DNA of 64,000 bases from Methylococcales bacterium (GCA_026399095.1 JAPLRP010000059.1:10486-74485), one strand, 5' to 3'. Counted from the first letter of the stretch, positions 39,739 to 51,249 are shown. Numbers and translations are program-made. The notes: generated by a model not told the origin, from the letters alone.

Positions 39739-41802
39739 TTAGTAGCTAACACGAATGCCAATTTCTGCACTACGACCGGGATCGGGAGCGAAGTTACGCA
39801 AATAGGAGGTTGAGTTACGGATATTTTCGTTTAGCATGTTTTTGCCGGCGGCAAACAACTGGACTTCTGATTGATGAAACGTCGCTAATTGATACTGCGT
39901 GCCTAAATTGAGTAATAAATAACCCGGTGTGTTGGATTGATTTTCTCCGGCATCGTTTTGAGCCTCACCGCGCGTTAAACGAGCTTGTGTTGTTATGTCA
40001 TTTTTCTCGTAACTGAGTTCAAATCCATAACGGAGTGGTGGCATACGCGGGACATTGCCGCCTTGTTCAAAAGTGCCACGGGTATAATCACCAAATAAGG
40101 TTAAATCGACCGCGCCGTAATGATTTTGCATTATCGTGAATAGGGTTTTGGTCTCAAAGCCACGGAAAATGGCGTTGGCTTGGGCGCTTTGCAAGACAGG
40201 CACGCACGCGCCGGGGTCTGAACAGATCAGTTGAAAGGCTTCAAGGTTTTCGTTAAATACTTGATAATCTTGTTGTTGGTATATGTAGTCATTCACCCAG
40301 TTATTGAAAAGATTAAGTTCAGAAGTCATCCAAGTTGTATTGAATTTATAACCTAAGTCCAGATTATAAGAGATTTCTTTTTGTAGGTTTGCATCGCCTT
40401 TTTCATAGCTCATGGTCGCTTCATGTACACCATTGGAAAATAATTCCTGTATTTGTGGTGCTCTTTGCGATTGGGTGACGCCAAGACTCAGTTGGTGTTG
40501 TTTGGTGATATCCCATAATGCTGAAACTGAGCCGCTAAGTGGCACATAAGACACGCTACTGTAGGTCGTTTCGGGGCTAATGCCCTGCCATTCACCTCGT
40601 AGTCCCAGTTCGTAGGTAATGTCTTTAATTTTGAAAGATTCAACGGCAAACAAGCCATAAGAGTCGATTTTTGATTGAGGAACCAACGCTTCGGCGCCCA
40701 GTGCCGAAAAGTCGCTGTTGACTGACTGGAAGCCCATAACGCCTTTAACAATACCCAAGGGTTGGTGTTCTAGTTCCAAACGGCTTTCGTAGGTTTTATT
40801 AAGAAAAGTAGTTGCTACTTCACCATTATCAAGTTCTACATGTTTATAATCGGTGTAGCCAAATTTTAAGCGCAATTCTTTAGCCAGTGCGAAGGGTTTA
40901 TTCAGTTGCCCTTTGAAATCATATTTTGTTTGATTCATTTGAACTCTGACGGGGTCGCCACCTGTGCCATTAGGTGGAATACCGTAATTATTTTCGAGGC
41001 TATTAATGGCTGCACCCACCAAGCCGATATCACCGATGACTGATGCGCCTGCAGAGCCTCCACGTGAGCGTGCATTGGAATTAGGAATAACACCGTTTGG
41101 ATTGTTTAATACGGGGGTGCCTTCAAGTGTTGGGTCGGTAGCACGGGCTGCAGATTCGTCTATTTGCTGGCCACCAATATGGGTATTTTTTTGATCGTTA
41201 TAAAAGCCATCCAAATGGAAGGCAAATTTATCCTTGCCGCCATCCAGTTTAAGGGCACTTGACGTTAAATCAGACGCTGAGTCATAGCGTTGTGCAGTCG
41301 CACCGCCCAGTAATTTATTAGGCACTTGTTCGGGTATGCGATTGTCGATAACATTTACAATGCCACCAATGGCGCCATTTCCATATAATAAAGTGGAAGG
41401 GCCGCGCAAGACTTCTATGCGTTCTGCACTAATTGGATTAACGCCGTTGGCATGATCAGGGCTTAAGGATGAGACATCATTATTGCCTACGCTATTTTGT
41501 AATACGCGGACTCGTGGCCCTGATTGTCCGCGTATAACAGGGGTTCCAACGCCGGGTCCAAATGATTGGCTGGTAATGCCCAGTTCGTTTTTGAGGGTGT
41601 CACCAATAGTTGTGCCCATTTTTGTTTGTAGTTCTTCGCCGGATAAAACGGTTACGGGCTTCGCTGATTCTGAGGTGTACTGTTTTATGCCGGTGCTTGT
41701 TATATAAACATCATCCAGTTTGTATATCTCATTATCAGCAGCGACTGCGTTAAATCCAAGGGAGGATGTTGATAAGAAAAAAATGCCAAGTTTTCTGTTC
41801 AT
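39739..41802 (-). CDS. TonB-dependent outer-membrane receptor (substrate unknown; possibly zinc, see Zur-like box)
   Basis: Signal peptide, plug domain (VLRGPSTLLYGNGAIGG) and a beta-barrel ending in aromatic ...IRVSY. ATG at 41802 is preferred over 41874. Confidence 0.9.
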   Translation of the reverse strand: MNRKLGIFFLSTSSLGFNAVAADNEIYKLDDVYITSTGIKQYTSESAKPVTVLSGEELQTKMGTTIGDTLKNELGITSQSFGPGVGTPVIRGQSGPRVRVLQNSVGNNDVSSLSPDHANGVNPISAERIEVLRGPSTLLYGNGAIGGIVNVIDNRIPEQVPNKLLGGATAQRYDSASDLTSSALKLDGGKDKFAFHLDGFYNDQKNTHIGGQQIDESAARATDPTLEGTPVLNNPNGVIPNSNARSRGGSAGASVIGDIGLVGAAINSLENNYGIPPNGTGGDPVRVQMNQTKYDFKGQLNKPFALAKELRLKFGYTDYKHVELDNGEVATTFLNKTYESRLELEHQPLGIVKGVMGFQSVNSDFSALGAEALVPQSKIDSYGLFAVESFKIKDITYELGLRGEWQGISPETTYSSVSYVPLSGSVSALWDITKQHQLSLGVTQSQRAPQIQELFSNGVHEATMSYEKGDANLQKEISYNLDLGYKFNTTWMTSELNLFNNWVNDYIYQQQDYQVFNENLEAFQLICSDPGACVPVLQSAQANAIFRGFETKTLFTIMQNHYGAVDLTLFGDYTRGTFEQGGNVPRMPPLRYGFELSYEKNDITTQARLTRGEAQNDAGENQSNTPGYLLLNLGTQYQLATFHQSEVQLFAAGKNMLNENIRNSTSYLRNFAPDPGRSAEIGIRVSY

Positions 41803-41855
41803 AAGGTTGTTGAGTTCTAATTTATAAAGCGGTCGTTGATATCTTGGGTAATAGG

Positions 41856-41876
41856 TTATGTTATAATGTAACAAAT
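41856..41876. promoter_or_regulatory. Zur-box-like palindrome upstream of the TonB-dependent receptor
   Basis: TTATGTTATAATGTAACAAAT compared with the gammaproteobacterial Zur consensus as remembered, AAATGTTATAWTATAACATTT. It lies 55-75 nt upstream of the start codon. Confidence 0.35.
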
Positions 41877-42090
41877 AGCAACTTGGGTTTAATAACTTTA
41901 CAGTGCTATGGTTACAATTTAATGTATTGAGTTAGTTGAGCGGGTAATTTTGGTACGACGGGATTTGTAAAATTCATGTGATCCACAAGAAACACAAAAA
42001 GCACTAATGTTTAAAAGAGACAATAAGTATCTCTTAACATAACGCGTTAGGCGTTAAGGAGCTTAACTGGTGTGCAAAAGCCGTGTTTAA

Positions 42091-44265
42091 TTAACCCTTA
42101 ACCCGGGTTATTTTTAAAACGATGGGTAATTCTTTCAAGCGGCGGAAGACTTTGGCTAAGTGGACGCGGTCTTTAACTGTTAGGGTAATTAGGTCAACGC
42201 AAACTCGGTCATCTTGATCAACCACAGTGACATTCTCAATGTTGGAATCCAGTTCGGAAATGGTCGAGGCTATGGTTGCAAGCGCTCCCCGTTGATTGAG
42301 TATTTCTATACGAAGTTCCGTAGAAAAATCCCCGACGGCGTCTTTACACCATTCAACGTCTAGCCAGTTGGTATGTTTTTTACTGACAATAGATCGATTG
42401 CGGCATTCGTTGTGATGAACAACAATGCCTTTTCCGGGGTTAAAGTAACCGATAATTAAATCACCAGGAATAGGTCTGCAGCATTTGGCCAGTGTGATCA
42501 CCATGCCTTCTGTGCCCTTTATAATCAGTGGTGATTGTTGGGATTTATCGGTGTTATCCAGTTTGATGTTGGCACTGATATCATCTTGGGTCAGTTGCTT
42601 GGCGATTAAAAACGGCATTTTATTTCCCAAGCCGATATCTTCAAGTAATTCATTCATGGACTGCATTGACATGACTTTAAGAAATGCCAGTACTCGTGCT
42701 TCTTCAATATTTTCAAGATGAATGTGCATGGTTTGCAATTCTGTTTCTAATAATCGACGACCCAAACTAATAGCTTCTTGCTGTTTGAAGTTTTTAAGGT
42801 GATTGCGAATACTGGAACGTGCTTTTACAGTTGTGACGTAGTTGAGCCATAGCGCATTCGGTCTTGCCCAAGTTGCCGTAATAATTTCAACGGTCATGCC
42901 GTTTTCCAGTTTGGTTTGCAAAGGAACCAACTGTTTGTCAATACGCGCAGAAACGCAAGCATTACCAATATCGGTATGAACGGCATACGCGAAATCGATA
43001 ATGGTAGCGCCTCTCGGTATTTTTATAATCCCACCTTTAGGGGTGAATACAAAAACTTCTTTGGGGAATAGATCAACTTTTAAATTATCAATAAATTCAA
43101 GAGAATCACCGGCTGATTTTTGTATTTCGAGTAAGTCTTTAAGCCATTCATTGGCACGTACCTGAAATTTTTCTGATTTATCGTCATCTGATTTGTATAA
43201 CCAATGGGCAGCAATACCAGATTCTGCCATGCGATGCATTTCGTGTGTTCTAATTTGTACCTCAATTGGAACGCCGTAAGGTCCGATAACGATAGTGTGT
43301 ATGGATTGATAGCCATTGGCTTTGGGCAGGGCAATATAATCTTTAAAGCGGCCGGGGATGGGTTTGTACAAATTATGAATAACACCAAGCACACGGTAAC
43401 AGGTGTCTACATTGTCACAAAAAATTCTAAAGGCATAAAGATCAAATATAGAGGATAGAGATACTTTTTTTTGGAGCATTTTTTTGTAAATACTATAGAC
43501 GTTTTTTTCCCGGCCTGACACTTCACAAGGTAATTCGGTTTGTTGCAAGCGGTTTTGAATGGTGCTTTCAATAGTATCTATAATTTTGCTACGGTTGCCA
43601 CGGGCTTTTTTTATGGCATGGGTTAAAACGGAATAACGAAGCGGGTGCATAGCCTCAAAACTAAGTTCTTCCAATTTGTGCCGGATTTTATTCATGCCCA
43701 AGCGATTGGCAATGGGGGCATAGATATCTAATGTTTCACGGGCAATACGGCGCTTTTTTTCTGAAGGCATAACGCCTAAAGTTTGCATGTTATGCAGGCG
43801 ATCAGCCAGTTTGACTAATATGACGCGGAGGTCTTTACCCATCGCAAGGAACATTTTACGCACATTTTCAGCTTGTGCTTCTGCGTGAGTTTGGGATTTG
43901 CCGTCAATTTTTGTTAGTTTGGTAACACCATCAACCAGTTCTGCTACTTCTGCGCTAAACTGATTGGTGAGTTCTTTTTTGGTGATGGGGGTATCTTCAA
44001 TAACATCATGAAGAATTGCGGCCATAATGCCGCTTGCATCCATACGCATCTCTGCAAGAGAGATGGCAACAGAGACAGGGTGACAAATGTACGCTTCGCC
44101 ACTTTTGCGTAATTGACCTGAATGAGCATCCGCACTAAATTCATAAGCACGGACGCAATCATTAATTTGATCTTGATCTAAATAACCGGATAGGGTGTTG
44201 CATAATTTCTGAATCAGTTCGTCCTGAGGACGTTTTGATTCGATCGCGTCGGCTATTTTCGACAT
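42091..44265 (-). CDS. spoT: Bifunctional (p)ppGpp synthetase/hydrolase
   Basis: HD hydrolase motif (HDVIEDT), RelA/SpoT synthetase domain, and TGS and ACT regions. Immediately downstream of rpoZ. Confidence 0.9.
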   Translation of the reverse strand: MSKIADAIESKRPQDELIQKLCNTLSGYLDQDQINDCVRAYEFSADAHSGQLRKSGEAYICHPVSVAISLAEMRMDASGIMAAILHDVIEDTPITKKELTNQFSAEVAELVDGVTKLTKIDGKSQTHAEAQAENVRKMFLAMGKDLRVILVKLADRLHNMQTLGVMPSEKKRRIARETLDIYAPIANRLGMNKIRHKLEELSFEAMHPLRYSVLTHAIKKARGNRSKIIDTIESTIQNRLQQTELPCEVSGREKNVYSIYKKMLQKKVSLSSIFDLYAFRIFCDNVDTCYRVLGVIHNLYKPIPGRFKDYIALPKANGYQSIHTIVIGPYGVPIEVQIRTHEMHRMAESGIAAHWLYKSDDDKSEKFQVRANEWLKDLLEIQKSAGDSLEFIDNLKVDLFPKEVFVFTPKGGIIKIPRGATIIDFAYAVHTDIGNACVSARIDKQLVPLQTKLENGMTVEIITATWARPNALWLNYVTTVKARSSIRNHLKNFKQQEAISLGRRLLETELQTMHIHLENIEEARVLAFLKVMSMQSMNELLEDIGLGNKMPFLIAKQLTQDDISANIKLDNTDKSQQSPLIIKGTEGMVITLAKCCRPIPGDLIIGYFNPGKGIVVHHNECRNRSIVSKKHTNWLDVEWCKDAVGDFSTELRIEILNQRGALATIASTISELDSNIENVTVVDQDDRVCVDLITLTVKDRVHLAKVFRRLKELPIVLKITRVKG

Positions 44266-44277
44266 AGGTGCAAGATT

Positions 44278-44517
44278 TTAGAACATGGGGTTGTGGTCGT
44301 GTGTTTCACCCACTCGATGAAGAAGCGTAATATTTTCAGTCGTTACGTGACCGGCTGCGATTTCGCGCAAGGCAAGAACGGTATCTTTATCTTTTCCACG
44401 AGGTAGAAACTCAGTCGCGCCATGGCTTAGTTGGCGTGCTCTAGTGCTTGCCAATAAAACCAGTTTAAAACGGTTTTCGACATTTTCCAAACAATCTTCA
44501 ATTGTAACTCTGGCCAT
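44278..44517 (-). CDS. rpoZ: DNA-directed RNA polymerase subunit omega
   Basis: [33 protein letters not shown] at 44517 is preferred over 44613. Confidence 0.9.
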   Translation of the reverse strand: MARVTIEDCLENVENRFKLVLLASTRARQLSHGATEFLPRGKDKDTVLALREIAAGHVTTENITLLHRVGETHDHNPMF

Positions 44518-44645
44518 TATAAAACCTAAATTAAGTAAAAAAGCAATTAGCCTGTCTAACAGGCTAATGGTGAATTCAATGTACAAGGTACAGGATGCAG
44601 GCTTAAGGTACAAGATTTAAAAACCTTAAACACTCTCCTCTATTT

Positions 44646-45818
44646 CTAGCTCCTTGATTTTAATATAGCGACAGCAGGTAGTTCTTTGCCTTCAAGAAAT
44701 TCAAGGAAAGCACCGCCACCCGTAGAGGTATAGGAAACCTGGTCATTTATGCCGTATTTATCGATTGCTGCCAAGGTATCCCCACCCCCCGCAATGGAAA
44801 AAGCGTTGCTTTCTGCAATAGCGGTTGCGAGTGATTGGGTGCCGTGACTAAACTGTTCTATTTCGAATACGCCGACCGGGCCATTCCATACGATAGTACC
44901 GGCAGATTTGATTAATTCGGCATAGTGTTTTGCTGTATCCGGACCTATATCCAAAATTAAATCATCGGCTTCAACGTCTTGAACCTTTTTAATGGTAGCG
45001 ACTGCGGTTTCAGAGAATTCTTTGGCACAAACCACATCAACAGGAATTGGAATATCTGAACCCGCAAGCTTTGCAGCAGCAATTAAACGTTTGGCTTCAT
45101 CTAATAAATCGGCTTCATAAAGTGACTTGCCAACCGGAAAGCCGGCGGCGGCTATAAAAGTGTTGGCAATGCCTCCGCCGACGATTAACTGGTCAACTTT
45201 TTCAGACAATGATTTTAAAACGGTTAACTTAGTCGATACTTTAGAGCCGCCAACAATCGCTATTAACGGTTTTGCTGGTGTTTCTAGTGCTTTGCCCAGT
45301 GCATCCAGTTCACTCGCCAATAAAGGGCCTGCGCAAACAATGGGTGCAAATTTTGCCACACTGTGGGTTGAAGCTTGTGCTCTGTGAGCAGTACCAAAAG
45401 CGTCCATGACGAAAATATCACAAAGTTTGGCCATTTTTTTGCCTAACTCATCGTTATTTTTTTCTTCTCCAGCATTGAAGCGAACATTCTCACAAAGAAC
45501 CACTTCACCTGGTGATACGGTGACGCCGTCCAGCCAGTCTTTTTCTAATCTTACAGGTTTACCCAGCAATAGCGATAAGCGTTCAGCAACTGGTTTTAAG
45601 GAGGATGCCTCGTCATATTGGCCTTCAACGGGGCGACCAAGATGTGAAAGGAGCATAACTGCAGCCCCGGCAGCCAAGGCATGTTTAATGGTTGGAACAC
45701 TGGCTTGAATACGAATATCGCTGGTTACTTGGCCATTTTTTACCGGTACATTTAAATCTTGACGAATTAATACCCGTTTCCCTGATAAATCCAGATCAAC
45801 CATTCTTTTAATAGACAT
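44646..45818 (-). CDS. pgk: Phosphoglycerate kinase
   Basis: [20 protein letters not shown] and GGGDT motifs. 390 aa. Confidence 0.95.
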   Translation of the reverse strand: MSIKRMVDLDLSGKRVLIRQDLNVPVKNGQVTSDIRIQASVPTIKHALAAGAAVMLLSHLGRPVEGQYDEASSLKPVAERLSLLLGKPVRLEKDWLDGVTVSPGEVVLCENVRFNAGEEKNNDELGKKMAKLCDIFVMDAFGTAHRAQASTHSVAKFAPIVCAGPLLASELDALGKALETPAKPLIAIVGGSKVSTKLTVLKSLSEKVDQLIVGGGIANTFIAAAGFPVGKSLYEADLLDEAKRLIAAAKLAGSDIPIPVDVVCAKEFSETAVATIKKVQDVEADDLILDIGPDTAKHYAELIKSAGTIVWNGPVGVFEIEQFSHGTQSLATAIAESNAFSIAGGGDTLAAIDKYGINDQVSYTSTGGGAFLEFLEGKELPAVAILKSRS

Positions 45819-45937
45819 TTTTTACTCTCTTGGTTTGTTTGTGTTTGAAATGATAATTAGGCGGCTTTTTGGGAGCTCATTTCATGAGCTAAATGATATT
45901 TAATCATGTATGAGTAATAATCAGTCATTATAGGTGG

Positions 45938-46507
45938 TTAGTTAGGGTTTTCGCCTGATTTCCATTTGATAGAGCAACCCATGCTTGGTATTTGTTGCTG
46001 TGGTCCGTGACCTGTTTCTGCAACAAGCTTCATGGCTTCAAATAAGTCTCGCTTGGAATCAATAGGAACTGTTTCCTTGCTGCTGGCATCAAACCGGCCT
46101 CTATACTGCAATTCGTAGTCCTTATTATACCCAAAAAAGTCTGGCGTGCAGACTGCATTATAGCGCTTGGCAATTTGTTGGGTTTCATCGTATAAATAGG
46201 GGAAGCTAAAATCCATTTTTTTAGCCAGTAACTTCATGTTTTCAAGAGAATCTTCGGGGTATTCAGTGATGTCATTGGACATGATTGCAACTGATTCAAT
46301 ACCAAATTGTTTAAGCGCTTTGGTATCTCTGGCAATTCGTTCTTGCACGGATTTTACATAAGGACAATGATTGCAAATAAACATAATCAATAGTCCGTTA
46401 CGACCCATGCATTGTTCTAAAGACCAAGTGCGGTCATCAATGCCGGGTAAGGTAAAATTAAACGCTATTTTACCAAATTCACAAACAGGTGTTGCTAATA
46501 ATACCAT
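45938..46507 (-). CDS. Thioredoxin-fold thiol-disulfide oxidoreductase (AhpC/TSA-like family)
   Basis: 189 aa with a CNHC (CxxC) motif in a redoxin-like context. Confidence 0.7.
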   Translation of the reverse strand: MVLLATPVCEFGKIAFNFTLPGIDDRTWSLEQCMGRNGLLIMFICNHCPYVKSVQERIARDTKALKQFGIESVAIMSNDITEYPEDSLENMKLLAKKMDFSFPYLYDETQQIAKRYNAVCTPDFFGYNKDYELQYRGRFDASSKETVPIDSKRDLFEAMKLVAETGHGPQQQIPSMGCSIKWKSGENPN

Positions 46508-46608
46508 CGTTGCACCTCGCAGTTATCGTAATAGATTAATCGTTTTTAACTCGTAACTTGTTAATAACAAAACCATATTTTTAACAAAAAAACGATAAAT
46601 TTAATTTA

Positions 46609-47763
46609 TCAATGTCCGTTGTGTTTTTTGCACAAATAATTTGTTGATTGCATTTCAATCAGCCTTGACACTGTGCGTTTAAATTCAAAGGCACCATCAC
46701 CCTCAGTGTAAAGTTCTTGGGTAGGTACTTCTGCAGTACACAGTAGTTTTACTTTGTGTTCGTACAATACATCGATCAAGGTCATAAAGCGTTTGGCTTC
46801 ATTTCGATTTTCTGTGGATAATTTTGGGATATTAGCCATAATCAAGATGCTAAAATTACGGGCGATGACAGCATAATCGACGGAGCCTAGAGAACGTTCG
46901 CAAAGTTCTTCAAATGAGGTGAGGGCGACATCCCCGTATATTGAAGATAAAGTAACGTTTCTACCTAGTATGTTTAAAATGCCAGATTGTATTTTTGCGT
47001 AATTGGTAAACTTGTTATAGTTATCCACCAGGAATTTATCAGCATGGCTGTCCAGAGGGGAATAATAGCTTACTTTAGTGGCTTGCAGCCGAGTTAGGCG
47101 ATAATCTGCATGTGCAACAAGTTCTATGATTTTAGATTCTTTTTGCAAAAGTTGAGTGAAGATCATGAATTGTTCTCTTTGCAGTCCACCAAGATATAAA
47201 TCGTCCGGATGGCGATTTGAGGTCATTACAACCACTAAATCCAGTTCATAAAATTGACGAAAAAGTCTTTCCAGTATCATTGCGTCTGCTATGTCGGTAA
47301 CATGAAATTCATCAAGACAGAGAAGCTTGGTTGATCCACTTATTTTTTTTGCTAATGCAGTTATTGCGTCGGACTTATGCTGTTGTCGCCATTTGTGAAT
47401 AAAAGCATGTACCTCCAGCATGAAAATATAAAAATGTATGCGTCTTTTATGTTCGATCGGACAGGCGTCATAAAATAAAGCCATCAACATTGATTTGCCT
47501 CGACCCACATCACCAAAAATATAGAGGCCTTGGCATTTGAGGGGGGTAGGTGAAAGTAGTCGTTGTATATAGGCTTTTCTATTATAAGTGGCAACTGCCA
47601 AGAGGCTATCCAAAAGAGATTGCAGGGTTTCTAAGGCAAGCCATTGGGCTTTGTCGTGTTGAATATTTTTTTGATCAACTTGTTGCCTGTATTGTCTGGC
47701 AAGTAGCCCGGATAAATCCGAAGTTTGTGTTGATTTTTTACGTTGGAAGATTTTTTTTAACAT
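46609..47763 (-). CDS. zapE: Cell division protein ZapE (AFG1-like ATPase)
   Basis: GDVGRGKSMLM Walker A and LCLDEFHV Walker B. 384 aa. Confidence 0.85.
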   Translation of the reverse strand: MLKKIFQRKKSTQTSDLSGLLARQYRQQVDQKNIQHDKAQWLALETLQSLLDSLLAVATYNRKAYIQRLLSPTPLKCQGLYIFGDVGRGKSMLMALFYDACPIEHKRRIHFYIFMLEVHAFIHKWRQQHKSDAITALAKKISGSTKLLCLDEFHVTDIADAMILERLFRQFYELDLVVVMTSNRHPDDLYLGGLQREQFMIFTQLLQKESKIIELVAHADYRLTRLQATKVSYYSPLDSHADKFLVDNYNKFTNYAKIQSGILNILGRNVTLSSIYGDVALTSFEELCERSLGSVDYAVIARNFSILIMANIPKLSTENRNEAKRFMTLIDVLYEHKVKLLCTAEVPTQELYTEGDGAFEFKRTVSRLIEMQSTNYLCKKHNGH

Positions 47764-48009
47764 ATAGGCAATTACTGAGAGTCTATACCAAGAGTAGCAT
47801 CAATTCGGCTTGTCTAGCTAGATCAAATAACCTGTTTTTAATGATTGATAGGTGTTTAACCGATAATCGCCATTCAGTATTTAAAAATGTATAAAATAGC
47901 TGATTTACTTTTCTTTGTCAGTAGGAGAGTCAATTGAATAGGTTTTTATGGGTCACATTGTGGTAGAATTTGTAATTTTTTTGCCACTTCACTCGGCGTT
48001 ATTTATTTT

Positions 48010-48933
48010 ATGATTAAACAACGAACTTTAAAAAATACCATTAGAGCCACAGGCGTAGGCCTTCATACCGGTGATAAAGTGTATTTGACTTTACGTCCGG
48101 CTGAACCCAATACCGGGATTCAGTTTCGTAGAGTGGATTTTGCTGAGCCCGTTACAATTCAGGCAACTCCAGGAAATGTTGGCGAAACAGTTCTTTCTAC
48201 AACGCTGGTTAAAGGTGATGTGAAAATATCAACTATAGAGCATTTGCTTTCTGCCTTTGCCGGTTTGGGCATAGATAACGCCATTATTGATGTCAGTGCG
48301 GCAGAAGTGCCAATTATGGATGGAAGTGCAGGTCCCTTTGTATTTTTGCTTCAATCAGCAGGTGTTGAAGAACAGGATTGTCCAAAACAGTACATTCGCA
48401 TCAAGCGCAGCATAAAGGTTGAAGATGGCGATAAATGGGCTTCTTTTGATCCATTTGAAGGATTTAAGGTTACTTTTACCATCGATTTTGAGCATCCTGC
48501 ATTTGAGCAACATTTAAAGACAGCGACTATGGATTTTTCTTCAACGACTTTTGTTAAGGAAGTGAGTCGAGCCAGAACATTTGGCTTTATGAAAGATATC
48601 GATATGCTAAGAGAAAATAATCTTGCTTTGGGTGGTAGTCTGGATAATGCAATTGTGGTTGATGACGACAAAATTCTCAATGAAGATGGTTTGCGTTGTG
48701 CAGATGAGTTCGTAAAGCATAAAATTCTAGATGCGATTGGTGATTTATACCTTTTGGGGCATAGCTTGATTGGTGAATTTACCGGTTATAAATCAGGTCA
48801 TGGTTTGAACAATAAATTACTCCGTACTTTGTTAGATAATAAAGATGCTTGGGAGATGGTTTCTTTTTCTGATGAAGATGATGCGCCAATTTCTTTTATG
48901 CGTTCTGCCGAAACGGTAAGAACCGCCGATTAG
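48010..48933 (+). CDS. lpxC: UDP-3-O-acyl-N-acetylglucosamine deacetylase
   Basis: [24 protein letters not shown] and [10 protein letters not shown] motifs. Confidence 0.95.
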   Translation: MIKQRTLKNTIRATGVGLHTGDKVYLTLRPAEPNTGIQFRRVDFAEPVTIQATPGNVGETVLSTTLVKGDVKISTIEHLLSAFAGLGIDNAIIDVSAAEVPIMDGSAGPFVFLLQSAGVEEQDCPKQYIRIKRSIKVEDGDKWASFDPFEGFKVTFTIDFEHPAFEQHLKTATMDFSSTTFVKEVSRARTFGFMKDIDMLRENNLALGGSLDNAIVVDDDKILNEDGLRCADEFVKHKILDAIGDLYLLGHSLIGEFTGYKSGHGLNNKLLRTLLDNKDAWEMVSFSDEDDAPISFMRSAETVRTAD

Positions 48934-48934
48934 T

Positions 48935-49399
48935 TTACTCAATATTGCTGGATAATCTTTCAAGTGTTGCGCTTAGTTTTTGGAGTGAAAGCCTTAATTG
49001 ATTATCCTCAATAGTCAGACTATCCATTTTAATAGCCTCTATTTTTTCTACAGAAGGTAATTTAGCTAATCTTGTGGTTTTTGATACAAGCCCTAAAGTA
49101 CCAGTAATGATCTTGATTTTCATGCTCTCAACGGGCGTTTTAGTTAGCGTAATAACAGCATCAAGAATGGCGCTGTTATAAAAGCGTAGTTGAGTCGCCC
49201 ATGTTGCAGAATCGGTATAAATAATTAGTTTTCTTTCTCTTAATAAGCAATGCCGCGTTTGTTTAGCCAATGTATCTGGCAACACGGCTTGTATTTTTTG
49301 TAAAATCTTGTGTTGTTGTTCAAGCTGATTATAAAAATAAGCCATTGTTCGGTTTTGAAACACTAAAGACGTTTTAAATGTGGGTGGTTTTTGGGGCAT
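48935..49399 (-). CDS. DUF721 (DciA-like) protein
   Basis: 154 aa. The pattern LLRERKLIIYTDSATWATQLRFYNSAILDAV fits DUF721, and it lies in the usual position convergent with lpxC. Confidence 0.55.
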   Translation of the reverse strand: MPQKPPTFKTSLVFQNRTMAYFYNQLEQQHKILQKIQAVLPDTLAKQTRHCLLRERKLIIYTDSATWATQLRFYNSAILDAVITLTKTPVESMKIKIITGTLGLVSKTTRLAKLPSVEKIEAIKMDSLTIEDNQLRLSLQKLSATLERLSSNIE

Positions 49400-50092
49400 A
49401 AATGCTTTAGTCAGTTTTTTTAAAAAAATAGATATCCAGGTTTTCAGAGTAACTCAAGAAGCACTGAAAAACATATAATTTTTTTGTGATTCGTTTTTAC
49501 AGTAGAAAATTACCAGAGCAAGTATCAGTTTTATATTTTAAATAAGGTGTTGAAAAGATAAGTAATCTGATGGGCTAGGGAGCGATAAAATGGTTGCTTT
49601 AGGAATCAGGTAAAAGCGATTTTTATTTAATTGGGGTAATCCCCAGAAGCTATGAGTAACTCTGCGCATTACCGGTTTGCAAACACCTTAACTGACTTAT
49701 TTATATTATGGTTTGGTTGATTATTGATTAATGTAATTACTTAATTAATAATCAATAGGTTATGATATATTATTTAATTTTAATAATGATTTTGACGAAA
49801 TTTTCAGCTATCGATTGAATTGTTTTGATATTTGATTAAGTGATAAGTGCTGTAGACAAAATCTGCTTTATAATTCATTTTTTTTCTTGAAAAAGTTCGA
49901 GAAAAGAGAGCAGTTGAGGGAGGGGGTCTTACAGTCGCAATTTGATCGTAGAAAGAATATCTGTTTTTTAGATTTAACAGTGTTTGCAGACACTCATTTA
50001 TAATTTTTGATGTTAAGTGGCTACTTCTAATCTTATATGGAGTGTTATCAACTCAGAGGATAACACTCGATAAGCGCGCTAAATTTTGCAAA

Positions 50093-50350
50093 TTAGTTTA
50101 CGACATTTGTTTTATTTGTACGACCAATTTCAAGTAGAGCAATCATGCTACTTTTTGCCCAACCTGATAGCCATAATGCGGTATTTTGTATGCAAATACC
50201 AAAAATACCCGATAATTCTTTAGCTTCAAAACCGGTCTCGCTGAGTAAAGTTGAGTGCGATCGCATTCTGGGCATGTAGCCTGCATGAATTTTCTTCATA
50301 CTATCAAGGGTTAGATTATCTTCATCTGAAATGTTTTCTTTATGATTCAT
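50093..50350 (-). mobile_element. IS630-family transposase N-terminal HTH fragment (remnant)
   Basis: The 85-aa ORF RMRSHSTLLSETGFEAKELSGIFGICIQNTALWLSGWAKSSMIALLEIGR matches the remembered IS630 winged-HTH pattern R.RA..LLLS..G....E...IF.V...T...W...W...G...L. No DDE domain follows. Confidence 0.4.
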
Positions 50351-50907
50351 AACTAAAATGTCCTATGTTTAAAGGATATCTTAACTGTTTGATTTGTTAA
50401 GAGTTATTCTTTTTTTTGGGTGATGATGACATAATCACTCCTTTTAACTTATTGATATGAGTCAATTATATCCTTGTCATAAATTAATTGCAAAAACTAA
50501 TTGATGGTTAAGTTTGTTTTTTAAATAGTTAACTTATTTTAAATAAGAAAGTCTTTGTTTTTATTTTAGTACGTTAAAACACTTTAATGCATAGTTTGGA
50601 ATTGGTTTGACGTGAGTTGTCATTGTTGCAGGCGCAAACTGTCGCTCTGGTGAGTGAGCTATATATGAGCATTTTTTACAAAATGAAACTAAAGAGTAGA
50701 ATAAAACTTTGAAGTTATGAATATACCTGATATTGACTCTATTCTTTGCCTAGCAGGGCGGGATGAATTGTTGGGTATGAAATTAGCTTAATGACATATA
50801 AATTTGTCTGTTTTGGAATAATTAGCTAACTCAACTACAGTCATGAACTATTCATTAACTTTTTAGCGTTAATGAGCAAAAAATCAAAACTGAACCGAGG
50901 ATAAGTG

Positions 50908-51249
50908 ATGGAAAATTTAAATTATAATAGAGATTCAGAGTCAGATAGGTTAATTATAGTGCTGACACATCTAGGTGGTATATTCTTTGGCTTTGCACCT
51001 TCTTTACTAGTCTATCTGGTTAAAAATGATGGTTGGGTCAAAGAAAATGCCAGAAACGCACTCAATTGGCAATTAACATCTCTGGTTTACTATGCGATTT
51101 GTTGGGTCTTGGTGCTTGTGATTATAGGAATATTTTTGCCTTGGCTAATAGTCGTTTTGAATATTGTTTTTTGTTTAGTTGCTGCAATTAGATCAAGTAA
51201 AGGTGAGGAATATAAATATCCTCTGACCATTGAATTTATTAAATCTTGA
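50908..51249 (+). CDS. DUF4870-like small membrane protein
   Basis: LTHLGGIFFGFAPSLLVYLVKND..VKENARNALNWQLT resembles the DUF4870 pattern. GAGG lies 7 nt before the ATG at 50908. Confidence 0.55.
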   Translation: MENLNYNRDSESDRLIIVLTHLGGIFFGFAPSLLVYLVKNDGWVKENARNALNWQLTSLVYYAICWVLVLVIIGIFLPWLIVVLNIVFCLVAAIRSSKGEEYKYPLTIEFIKS

